Positions 29,449 to 37,176 of a DNA stretch of 64,000 nt are shown here, one piece after another. The number at the start of each line of letters is the position of its first letter. Position 1 is the first letter of the stretch. Made by a program: the position numbers and the translations under genes. Below the pieces are notes generated by a model. That model was not told the origin of the DNA. It made no database searches and saw only the letters and a list, made by a program, of their open reading frames with translations. The DNA comes from an uncultured Actinomycetota bacterium (GTDB taxonomy: Bacteria; Actinomycetota; Actinomycetes; Mycobacteriales; SCTD01): contig CAVXBV010000012.1 of assembly GCA_963760125.1 (NCBI GenBank), positions 9,355-73,354 on the forward strand, in the 5' to 3' direction.

Positions 29449-32268
29449 ATGTCCAGCACCCCGCTCACCCTGCGCGACCTCGAGTCCGCCGCCCCCTTCG
29501 CGGAGCGGCACATCGGCCCGTCCGAGGACGAGGTCGCCAAGATGCTGGCCGTCATCGGCCACGGCTCGCTCGACGACCTCGCCCGGACGGCGGTCCCGGA
29601 CGCCATCCGCGCCACCGAGGCGCTCGTCCTCCCGCCGGCAGCCTCCGAGGCGGAGGCCATCGCCGAGCTGCGCGCCCTCGCCGCGCAGAACCAGGTCCAG
29701 GTGCCCATGCTCGGTCTGGGCTACCACGGCACCCACACCCCGCCGGTCGTGCTGCGCAACGTGCTGGAGAACCCCGCCTGGTACACCGCCTACACGCCGT
29801 ACCAGCCGGAGATCAGCCAGGGGCGGCTCGAGGCGCTGTTGAACTTCCAGACGATGATCGGCGACCTCACCGGCCTGCCGACGTCGAACGCCTCGCTGCT
29901 CGACGAGGGGACCGCGGCCGCCGAGGCGATGACGCTGTGCCGGCGGCAGAGCAAGGCGCCGCAGGACGCGGTGTTCGCTGTCGACCAGGACTGCCACCCG
30001 CAGACGATCGCCGTCGTGCAGACCCGCGCCTTCCCGCTCGGGCTCGAGGTCGTGGTTGTCGACTTGTCTACAGATCTTCCTAGCAACATCTTCGGTCTCC
30101 TGGTGCAGTACCCCGGCACGAAAGGCCAGGTCAGGGACCTGAAGCCGCTGGTGGCCCAGGCGCACGACCAGGGTGCCCTCGTCGCTGTCGCGGCCGATCT
30201 GCTCGCGCTCACCCTCCTGGAGAGCCCGGGTGACGCCGGTGCCGACGTCGCGGTCGGCACCTCCCAGCGGTTCGGCGTCCCGCTCGGGTACGGCGGACCG
30301 CACGCCGGCTACATGGCGGTCCGGACCGGCCTCGAGCGGGCTATCCCCGGGCGCCTGGTCGGGGTGAGCGTCGACGCGGCAGGCCGCCCGGCGTACCGCC
30401 TGGCGCTGCAGACGCGGGAGCAGCACATCCGCCGGGAGAAGGCGACCAGCAACATCTGCACCGCGCAGGTGCTGCTCGCGGTCATCGCCGGCATGTACGC
30501 CACGTGGCACGGCCCGGACGGCCTGACGACCATCGCGCGTCGCACGCACCGGTACGCCGCTCTGCTGGGCGCTGCCCTGGGCGCCGGCGGTGCCTACTTC
30601 GACACGATCACCGTTCCCACCGCCGACGCCGCGGCGGTCGTGGAGCGGGCCCGCGAGGCAGGCGTCGACCTGCGCGACCTCGGCGACGCCGTCGGCATCA
30701 GCACCGACGAGACCACGACCCGTGCCCACCTCGACCTGGTCACGGACGCCTTCGGTGCCCAGCGGCAGGACTGGGACGCGCTCGACGCCGCCACCCCGGA
30801 CGCGCTGCCGGCCGGCCTCCTACGCCAGAGCGCGTTCCTCACCCACGAGGTGTTCCGCAGCCACCACAGCGAGACGGCCATGCTGCGCTACCTGCGCCGG
30901 CTGTCCGACAAGGACCTCGCGCTGGACCGCACGATGATCCCGCTCGGCTCGTGCACGATGAAGCTCAACGCCACGACGGAGATGGAGCCGGTCACCTGGC
31001 CGGAGTTCGGGGCGATCCACCCGTTCACGCCGACCCGGCACGCTCGCGGCTACCGGCAGCTCATCACCGACCTCGAGGGCTGGCTGTGCGAGGTCACCGG
31101 CTACGACGCCGTGTCCCTGCAGCCGAACGCGGGCTCCCAGGGCGAGCTCGCCGGCCTGCTGGCGATCCACGCCTACCACCGGGCCAACGGGGACCACGAC
31201 CGGGACGTCTGCCTGATCCCGGCGAGCGCCCACGGCACCAACGCGGCCAGTGCGGTCATGGCCGGGCTCAAGGTGGTCGTCGTCGGCACGACGCCGAGCG
31301 GTGACGTCGACGTCGAGGACCTCAAGGCCAAGATCGAGACCCACCGCGCGACGCTCGCCGCGATCATGATCACCTACCCGAGCACCCACGGGGTGTTCGA
31401 GCAGCAGGTGACCGAGATCTGCGGGCTCGTGCACGACGCCGGCGGTCAGGTGTACGTCGACGGCGCGAACCTCAACGCGCTCGTGGGACTGGCCCGTCCG
31501 GGGAAGTTCGGCGCCGACGTCAGCCACCTCAACCTGCACAAGACGTTCTGCATCCCGCACGGCGGGGGAGGACCCGGGGTCGGCCCCGTCGGCGTGCGGG
31601 CCCACCTGGCGCCGTACCTGCCGAACCACCCGCTCAACGACGAGTGCGGCCCGGCGACCGGCCCCGGCCCGATCAGCGCGGCGCCGTACGGCTCGGCTGG
31701 GATCCTCCCGATCTCGTGGGCGTACGTCCGGATGATGGGTGGCCCCGGGCTGACCCGCGCCACGCAGGTCGCGGTGCTGAGCGCGAACTACGTGGCCGCG
31801 CGCCTCCAGCCGCACTACCCGGTGCTCTATACCGGCCGGGGCGGCCTGGTCGCGCACGAGTGCATCGTGGACCTGCGGCAGATCACCAAGGACACCGGCG
31901 TCACGGTCGACGACGTGGCCAAGCGCCTCATCGACTACGGCTTCCACGCCCCGACGATGAGCTTCCCGGTCGCCGGCACGCTCATGATCGAGCCGACGGA
32001 GAGCGAGGACCTGCGGGAGCTGGACCGGTTCTGCGACGCCATGATCGCCATCCGCGGGGAGATCGACACCGATCGGGACATCCTCGCGGGCGCGCCGCAC
32101 ACCGCCGAGTCCGTCGTGGGGGACCTTCCCTACGACCGGCAGCGCGCCGCGTTTCCCGCGGGCGTCAGCAAGGGCGCGAAGTACTGGCCGCCGGTACGCC
32201 GGATCGACGGAGCGTACGGCGACCGCAACCTGGTCTGCTCGTGCCCGCCGATGGAGGACCTGAGCTGA
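29449..32268 (+). CDS. gcvP: Glycine dehydrogenase (decarboxylating), glycine cleavage P protein
   Basis: ATG 29449 (Met41 of ORF 29329-32268). FAERHIGPS...[29 protein letters not shown]...[16 protein letters not shown]. Confidence 0.97.
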   Translation: MSSTPLTLRDLESAAPFAERHIGPSEDEVAKMLAVIGHGSLDDLARTAVPDAIRATEALVLPPAASEAEAIAELRALAAQNQVQVPMLGLGYHGTHTPPVVLRNVLENPAWYTAYTPYQPEISQGRLEALLNFQTMIGDLTGLPTSNASLLDEGTAAAEAMTLCRRQSKAPQDAVFAVDQDCHPQTIAVVQTRAFPLGLEVVVVDLSTDLPSNIFGLLVQYPGTKGQVRDLKPLVAQAHDQGALVAVAADLLALTLLESPGDAGADVAVGTSQRFGVPLGYGGPHAGYMAVRTGLERAIPGRLVGVSVDAAGRPAYRLALQTREQHIRREKATSNICTAQVLLAVIAGMYATWHGPDGLTTIARRTHRYAALLGAALGAGGAYFDTITVPTADAAAVVERAREAGVDLRDLGDAVGISTDETTTRAHLDLVTDAFGAQRQDWDALDAATPDALPAGLLRQSAFLTHEVFRSHHSETAMLRYLRRLSDKDLALDRTMIPLGSCTMKLNATTEMEPVTWPEFGAIHPFTPTRHARGYRQLITDLEGWLCEVTGYDAVSLQPNAGSQGELAGLLAIHAYHRANGDHDRDVCLIPASAHGTNAASAVMAGLKVVVVGTTPSGDVDVEDLKAKIETHRATLAAIMITYPSTHGVFEQQVTEICGLVHDAGGQVYVDGANLNALVGLARPGKFGADVSHLNLHKTFCIPHGGGGPGVGPVGVRAHLAPYLPNHPLNDECGPATGPGPISAAPYGSAGILPISWAYVRMMGGPGLTRATQVAVLSANYVAARLQPHYPVLYTGRGGLVAHECIVDLRQITKDTGVTVDDVAKRLIDYGFHAPTMSFPVAGTLMIEPTESEDLRELDRFCDAMIAIRGEIDTDRDILAGAPHTAESVVGDLPYDRQRAAFPAGVSKGAKYWPPVRRIDGAYGDRNLVCSCPPMEDLS

Positions 32269-32309
32269 CGCTCAGCCGGTCCGCTCAGGCGGTGACACCG
32301 GACGCCTGC

Positions 32310-32504
32310 TCAGGCGACGAGGCGGACCTGGGGGCGGTGCGGTGCCACGACGCGACGGTCGGGCAGGATCTCGCCGGTGTCGTCGAACACGACGACGCCG
32401 TTGCACAGCAGGGCCCAGCCCTGCTCGGGGTGCGCGTGCAGCACACGCGCCGCATCGTGGTCGGGTGCGTCAGCGGGGGGGCAGGCGGGCTGGTGCGTGC
32501 ACAT
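32310..32504 (-). CDS. DUF5999-like small conserved actinobacterial protein
   Basis: 64 aa: MCTHQPACPP...HPEQGWALLCNGVVVFDDTGEILPDRRVV. The family is recalled from memory. Confidence 0.6.
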   Translation of the reverse strand: MCTHQPACPPADAPDHDAARVLHAHPEQGWALLCNGVVVFDDTGEILPDRRVVAPHRPQVRLVA

Positions 32505-32638
32505 CTCGTGGCCTCTTCGGTGGTGCGCTCTGGGCTGGCTCGTCGTGGTCCGGTGAGCCGGTCGTGCGGCGGACGCGGGTGGCGTCCTGGTGTGCGGGGC
32601 CGAGCAGCGAAACTCTCTTCACACGTGTCGGTCATCAC

Positions 32639-33772
32639 ATGCTCTCACTGAACCCCAACGAGGGTGGCCCTTTCGGGGGAACGGGTGGGGACGAACCTTC
32701 TGGCCGTCCTCCCTCGTGGTCCGGGCCGCGGCGAGAGGTGGACCGTCTGGAGACGGCGGAGGCGCCCGAGCTGCTGGCGTTCCTGCGCTCGGTCGAGGCC
32801 CAGGTCCGCTCCGACAGGTACGGCGTGGCGCTGCTGATCGGGGCGCGCGGCTGCGCAGAGATCGGGGACGTGCCGCTGGGCCGGCCCAGCCCGGTCGGGG
32901 TCCCCGAGTGCGTCGCTGTGGTCCTGGAACGCACCAGCGCACCCGAGCCCGTGGCACGGCGGGAGCCGGCGCACGTGGGCGAGTGGACCACGTCGTGGAC
33001 GGACGCGGAGCACGCGGCGGCCGTGGAAGAGGTGCGTCAGGCCATCGCGCGGGGCGACGTCTACCAGGCCAATGTGGTCGGTCACCGGCGGGCGGACCTG
33101 GCCGGCGACCCCGCCACCCTGGCCGGTCGCCTGCCCGCGGGGCGGTACCGCGGCACCTTGTCCGGAGCCGGCTGGTGGGTGGGGACGTCCTCCCCGGAGC
33201 AGGTCGTGCAGGTGCGAGGGGATCGGGTCACGACCATCCCGATCAAGGGCACGGCACACGACCGGACCGTCCTGCGCGACAGCCTCAAGGACCGGGCCGA
33301 GCACGTGATGATCGTCGACCTCGCGCGCAACGACCTCGCCCGGGTGACCGACGTCGGTTCCGTGGTCGTGGAGGACCTCTACGCGCTGTCGGACTGGTCG
33401 GGGCTCTGGCACGCGAGCTCGGTCGTCGCCGGCCGGCTGCGCGCGGGTACGTCGCTGCCCGAGGTGCTGGCAGCCGTGCTGCCTGGCGGCTCGGTCACCG
33501 GTGCGCCCAAGCGGGCGGCCTGCGCGCTGCTCGCGGAACTGGAGCCGGTCGGACGAGGACCGGCGATGGGCGCACTGGGCTTCTGGGCGGCTGAAGGGCT
33601 CGACCTCGGGTTGAGCATCAGGACGGTAGCCGCATGTGACGGCCAGATCCACCTGTGGGCAGGCGGGGGGATCACCTGGTCCAGCGACCCCGCGGGCGAG
33701 GTCGCGGAGGCTCACGCGAAGGCGGCACCGATGGTCCGCGCCCTCGCTCAGGTGCGGCCCTCGTCCTCCTGA
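32639..33772 (+). CDS. Chorismate-binding enzyme (aminodeoxychorismate/anthranilate synthase component I-like)
   Basis: ATG 32639 within ORF 32342-33772. GDVYQANV...IKGTA...DRAEHVMIVDLARNDL...VLPGGSVTGAPKRAA..LLAELEP..RGPAMGALG...SIRT...GGGITWSSDP..E..E...K. Confidence 0.8.
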   Translation: MLSLNPNEGGPFGGTGGDEPSGRPPSWSGPRREVDRLETAEAPELLAFLRSVEAQVRSDRYGVALLIGARGCAEIGDVPLGRPSPVGVPECVAVVLERTSAPEPVARREPAHVGEWTTSWTDAEHAAAVEEVRQAIARGDVYQANVVGHRRADLAGDPATLAGRLPAGRYRGTLSGAGWWVGTSSPEQVVQVRGDRVTTIPIKGTAHDRTVLRDSLKDRAEHVMIVDLARNDLARVTDVGSVVVEDLYALSDWSGLWHASSVVAGRLRAGTSLPEVLAAVLPGGSVTGAPKRAACALLAELEPVGRGPAMGALGFWAAEGLDLGLSIRTVAACDGQIHLWAGGGITWSSDPAGEVAEAHAKAAPMVRALAQVRPSSS

Positions 33773-34227
33773 GCGTGGTGCAGCGCGGCCGAACGAGGAG
33801 CCCACAGGGCCCGCAGTACGGTCCAGCCCGCCTGCTCGTAGGCGTCGCAGACCTCGAGGTCGTCGTCGACGACCACCGCCACCACCCGGTCCGCCGCCAG
33901 GCGGTGCAGGAGGATCGGCTTCACCTTCCGGGCCGGCCGGTGGTCCCGGTTGGCGCGCATCAACAGCCGACCCTGGGGCAGGCGGTGCTGGGCCAGCCAG
34001 GCCGCGGTCGCCGCGCGACACCACTCGGGGCGGCCGGTGAGGTAGACCACCTCGCAGTCGACGGCAGCTTCGAGGGCGAGGGCCCGCCCCTGTTCGTGGA
34101 CAGCGTCGTTCGGCGCCGCGCCGAAGAAGCCACCCCAGTCGGGCCGGCCGCCGGACTCCAGGAAGTGGACGCGATGGCTCACGTCGGCGAGAACTCCGTC
34201 GATGTCAAAGACCGCCAGCGGACGCAC
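33748..34227 (-). CDS. HAD-superfamily phosphatase-like protein
   Basis: MRPLAVFDIDGVLADVSHR (DxDG motif), YLTGRPE, and VVVDDDLEVCDAY. Confidence 0.65.
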   Translation of the reverse strand: MRPLAVFDIDGVLADVSHRVHFLESGGRPDWGGFFGAAPNDAVHEQGRALALEAAVDCEVVYLTGRPEWCRAATAAWLAQHRLPQGRLLMRANRDHRPARKVKPILLHRLAADRVVAVVVDDDLEVCDAYEQAGWTVLRALWAPRSAALHHAQEDEGRT

Positions 34228-34254
34228 GGTTCCACCGTAGGGGAGTGGTCAGGT

Positions 34255-34278
34255 CCCCTGGCCCGACTGGGCCAGGGG
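34255..34278. repeat. Perfect 10-bp/4-nt-loop inverted repeat CCCCTGGCCC-GACT-GGGCCAGGGG
   Basis: Read directly. Lies in the divergent region between the HAD gene start (34227) and the small ORF at 34372. Confidence 0.85.
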
Positions 34279-34328
34279 GAACCATCACGACGGGTGGTCC
34301 AGCGCAGCGCGACGCCGGTCGATGGTGG

Positions 34329-34358
34329 GTCTGTACGCCAGCAGTCTGTACGCCAGCA
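34329..34358. repeat. 15-bp perfect tandem duplication GTCTGTACGCCAGCA x2
   Basis: Units at 34329-34343 and 34344-34358, ending 13 nt before GTG 34372. Confidence 0.9.
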
Positions 34359-34371
34359 GAGGGAGAGCACT

Positions 34372-34626
34372 GTGCGCATCACCGACCTCGCCACCACCGC
34401 TCCGATCGCGATGCGGCCGGACGGGACGCGCCGTGGCGACAGCACCGCGGCAGTCCACGTCCTGGGCTCGGCCCCACGCGACGCCGACCACCCCGATGCG
34501 ATCGCGGCGTCCGCGCTCGCGCGGGCCGCGGGACAGGCCCAGGCCGGGCGGCTTGTCGCGGCCGCGAACCAGGGCGCTGCGCTTAGCGTCCTCGGCGATC
34601 GTCTGGACCTCGCGCTGGCTCCGTGA
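34372..34626 (+). CDS. Hypothetical 84-aa protein
   Basis: GTG 34372 after GGGAGAG. About 90% GC3 by my count. VRITDLATTAPIAMRPDGTRRGDSTAAVHVLGSAPRDADHPDAIAASALARAAGQAQAGRL... I recognise no family. The stop TGA lies inside the first 14-bp repeat unit. Confidence 0.4.
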   Translation: MRITDLATTAPIAMRPDGTRRGDSTAAVHVLGSAPRDADHPDAIAASALARAAGQAQAGRLVAAANQGAALSVLGDRLDLALAP

Positions 34627-34691
34627 ACGACGCACCGTGAACGACGCACCGTGAACGACGCACCGTGAACGACGCACCGTGAACGACGCGC
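34622..34691. repeat. 14-bp tandem repeat CGTGAACGACGCAC x5
   Basis: Units start at 34622, 34636, 34650, 34664 and 34678; the last ends GCGC. The unit is not a multiple of 3 and carries TGA, so stops occur in all three + frames. Confidence 0.95.
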
Positions 34692-34785
34692 GCCACGCTC
34701 GATCACGAGGGGCCTGCTCGGAGGACTAGTCCTTTTGGGCTAGTGAGGTTGCGGAAAGTGGCCCTTACTTCACCTTGCGTGAGCA

Positions 34786-37176
34786 GTGAGCATGGGAGCA
34801 CGTCCAGTTCTGTGCAACCAACGCTCACGAAAGTCTCTCGTGTCCTTCCTCCGCTCGGCCTCCGGCTCGGCAGCGACCAGCACCAGCTGGACGTGCCGCG
34901 GTCGCAGCACGTCCTGGACGTCCCTGGGGACGGAGCCCGCCGCCGCGTCCACGTCGTGGACGAGCACGACCTGGACCCAGCGGGCCAGCACGTCCTGGAC
35001 CCGGCAGGCGAGCACGTCCTGGACCCGGGACGCCGCTACCGCACGGTCCACGTCATGGACGCGACGAGCCACGGTCACCGTCGCCGGAGCCCTCGCCGGC
35101 CTGTGCGCCTTCGGGCCCGGCGTGGCCACCGCAGCCACGATCGACCAGAGCGGCCCGACCCGTCAGTACGTCGTGCGCGCGGTGCCCGGCGCCCTCCCCA
35201 CGCTCCACCGCGACCTCGGTCGCGTCGGGACCGTCGTCCGGCAGATCGACCTCATCAACGCCGACGTCGTCAGCGTGACCGCCGCACAGGCCACGCGCCT
35301 GGCCCGCGACCCGCGTGTGGTCTCCGTGACACCGGACAGCGTGGTGCGCCTTGCCGGCACCAAGGCCGACGCGCCGACCGACCTGAAGCAGGCCGTCGCC
35401 GCGGCAGCCACCGCGCCGGAGCCGCCGACGGCCGATTCCGCCGTCGTGGCGGGCGTCGTGGACGCTGAGTCCAGCGCTCCCATCACCGCAGCGTCGGTCG
35501 CCGAGGTGTCTGCCGACGCCGCGGCGACGTCGGTCAAGGACGCCGGGAACACCGCGGTCATGGCCGCCCAGATGACGGCCAAGGACGCCAAGGCCGCGAT
35601 GAAGGACGCCAAGGCCGCGGCAAAGGACGATCAGGTCAAGCTCAAGGCCAGGGACAAGGCCGCCGACCGGGCCGCCGAGCAGGCTGCGGCAGAGGCTGAC
35701 AAGGCGCGCAAGGCGCTGGAGAAGGCCGCCAAGGAGTCCGCGCGCGCTGCCGCCAAGAGCCCAGTGGCCACGCTGGCGGACGTGGCCGGCGACATCGGCG
35801 CGGACGACCTGCAGGCAGCCGGAACCACGGGAGCGGGCATCGACGTCGCCCTCATCGACTCGGGCGTCTCCTCGATCGACGGCCTGGGGCGCAGCAAGGT
35901 CGTCCACGGTCCGGACCTGTCCTTCGACTCCCAGAACGCCGCAGCCCGGTACGCCGACGGCTACGGCCACGGCACGCACCTCGCGGGAATCATCGCCGGC
36001 CGTAGCGCGGGCCTCACGGGGATCGCTCCGGACGCCCGGATCGTCAGCGTGAAGGTCGCGGACCGCAACGGCTCCGCAGACGTCTCCCAGGTCATTGCCG
36101 GCATCGACTGGGTGGTCCGCCACGCGCAGACCGGCGGTCTGAACGTCCGGGTCCTGAACCTTTCGTTCGGCACGGACTCGAAGCAGGCCTACCAGCTCGA
36201 CCCGCTGGCGTACGCCGCCGAGCAGGCATGGCACGCCGGCATCGTCGTCGTCGCCAGCGTCGGCAACGACGGCTCGACGCGTGGCCGGGTGTCCGACCCG
36301 GCGATCGACCCGTTCGTCATCGCCGTCGGTGCCGCAGACACCACCCTCCCCGTGACGAAGGTGGCAAGCTTCTCCGGCCGTGGTGACGGCGTGCGCAACC
36401 CCGACGTGCTCGCCCCCGGCGCGCACGTCGCGAGCCTCCAGCCGCAGGGCACCGTCGCCACCGTGGAGGGGGGCACGAAGGCGCGGCTGGCCGACGGGCT
36501 GTTCCTGGGCAGCGGGACCTCGCAGGCCGCAGCGGTCGTCTCCGGCTCGGCCGCCCTCCTGCTGTCCGCCCGTCCCGGGCTCACGCCGGACCAGGTCAAG
36601 GCCTTGCTGACCTCCACGGCGGTCCCGCTGCCGTCAGCCAAGGTGCGCGCGCAGGGCAACGGCCTGATCGATGTCGCTGTCGCGGTGAGCGCTGCCGCGC
36701 CGGACGCCCGGCAGTCCTTCGCTCGGTCGACAGGCACCGGAAGCCTGGACGCCGCGCGCGGCAGCCACCCGGTGCGCCTGGGCGAGGCTGTCCTCACCGG
36801 GGAGATCGACATCTTCGGGCGTCCCTGGCAGGGCCCGGCCACCGACTTCTCCCAGTGGTCCAGCAACGACCTCACGACCACCAACTGGGGCGCCGTCGCC
36901 TGGGGCACGACCAACTGGGGCGCGGTCGCCTGGGGCGCCACCAACTGGGGCGCCACCAACTGGGGCGCGCACCAACTGGGGCGCCACCAACTGGGGCGCC
37001 ACCAACTGGGGATCGGCGAGCAACTGGGCCGGCAGCAACTGGGCCGGCAGCAACTGGGCCGGCAGCAACTGGGCCGGCAGCAACTGGGCCGGCAGCAACT
37101 GGGGCTGAGCCCGCACGCTCATCACCCGCCTGACGGCTCAGGGAGCCACCCCAAGGTGCCGAGGCAGACAGGGTGA
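34786..37176 (+). CDS. Secreted S8 (subtilisin-like) serine peptidase with I9-like propeptide and Trp-repeat C-terminus; both ends uncertain
   Basis: Triad contexts VALIDSGV, HGTHLAGIIAG and GTSQAAAVVSGSAALL. Propeptide: YVVRAV...VVSVTAAQATRLARDPRVVSVTPD. Tat/Sec-like signal: TRRATVTVAGALAGLCAFGPGVATA. The N-terminal 90 aa are STSWT repeats. The C-terminal frame is doubtful after 36968. Confidence 0.85.
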   Translation: MSMGARPVLCNQRSRKSLVSFLRSASGSAATSTSWTCRGRSTSWTSLGTEPAAASTSWTSTTWTQRASTSWTRQASTSWTRDAATARSTSWTRRATVTVAGALAGLCAFGPGVATAATIDQSGPTRQYVVRAVPGALPTLHRDLGRVGTVVRQIDLINADVVSVTAAQATRLARDPRVVSVTPDSVVRLAGTKADAPTDLKQAVAAAATAPEPPTADSAVVAGVVDAESSAPITAASVAEVSADAAATSVKDAGNTAVMAAQMTAKDAKAAMKDAKAAAKDDQVKLKARDKAADRAAEQAAAEADKARKALEKAAKESARAAAKSPVATLADVAGDIGADDLQAAGTTGAGIDVALIDSGVSSIDGLGRSKVVHGPDLSFDSQNAAARYADGYGHGTHLAGIIAGRSAGLTGIAPDARIVSVKVADRNGSADVSQVIAGIDWVVRHAQTGGLNVRVLNLSFGTDSKQAYQLDPLAYAAEQAWHAGIVVVASVGNDGSTRGRVSDPAIDPFVIAVGAADTTLPVTKVASFSGRGDGVRNPDVLAPGAHVASLQPQGTVATVEGGTKARLADGLFLGSGTSQAAAVVSGSAALLLSARPGLTPDQVKALLTSTAVPLPSAKVRAQGNGLIDVAVAVSAAAPDARQSFARSTGTGSLDAARGSHPVRLGEAVLTGEIDIFGRPWQGPATDFSQWSSNDLTTTNWGAVAWGTTNWGAVAWGATNWGATNWGAHQLGRHQLGRHQLGIGEQLGRQQLGRQQLGRQQLGRQQLGRQQLGLSPHAHHPPDGSGSHPKVPRQTG
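34908..35060 (+). repeat. Six copies of the 12-mer CACG(T/A)CNTGGAC, including a 24-bp tandem core
   Basis: Starts at 34908, 34950, 34965, 34989, 35013 and 35049. All spacings (42, 15, 24, 24, 36) are multiples of 3. Two copies extend to the near-palindromes GTCCACGTCGTGGAC and GTCCACGTCATGGAC. Confidence 0.9.
36877..37108 (+). repeat. 15-bp-period coding repeats (ACCAACTGGGGCGCC / AGCAACTGGGCCGGC), about 13 NW units
   Basis: These read TNWGA(VAWG), then after a 1-nt offset at 36968 TNWGA x3 and SNWAG x5, ending SNWG-TGA at 37106-37108. In the annotated frame the same DNA reads HQLGR/QQLGR. Confidence 0.9.

Noticed and set aside
34622-34691. A CRISPR array or mini-CRISPR formed by the tandem repeats here, and by those at 28325-28383 and 36877-37108.
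   Set aside because: The units are contiguous 12-15-bp repeats without unique spacers. There are no cas genes in the window, and the repeat lengths are far below CRISPR range.
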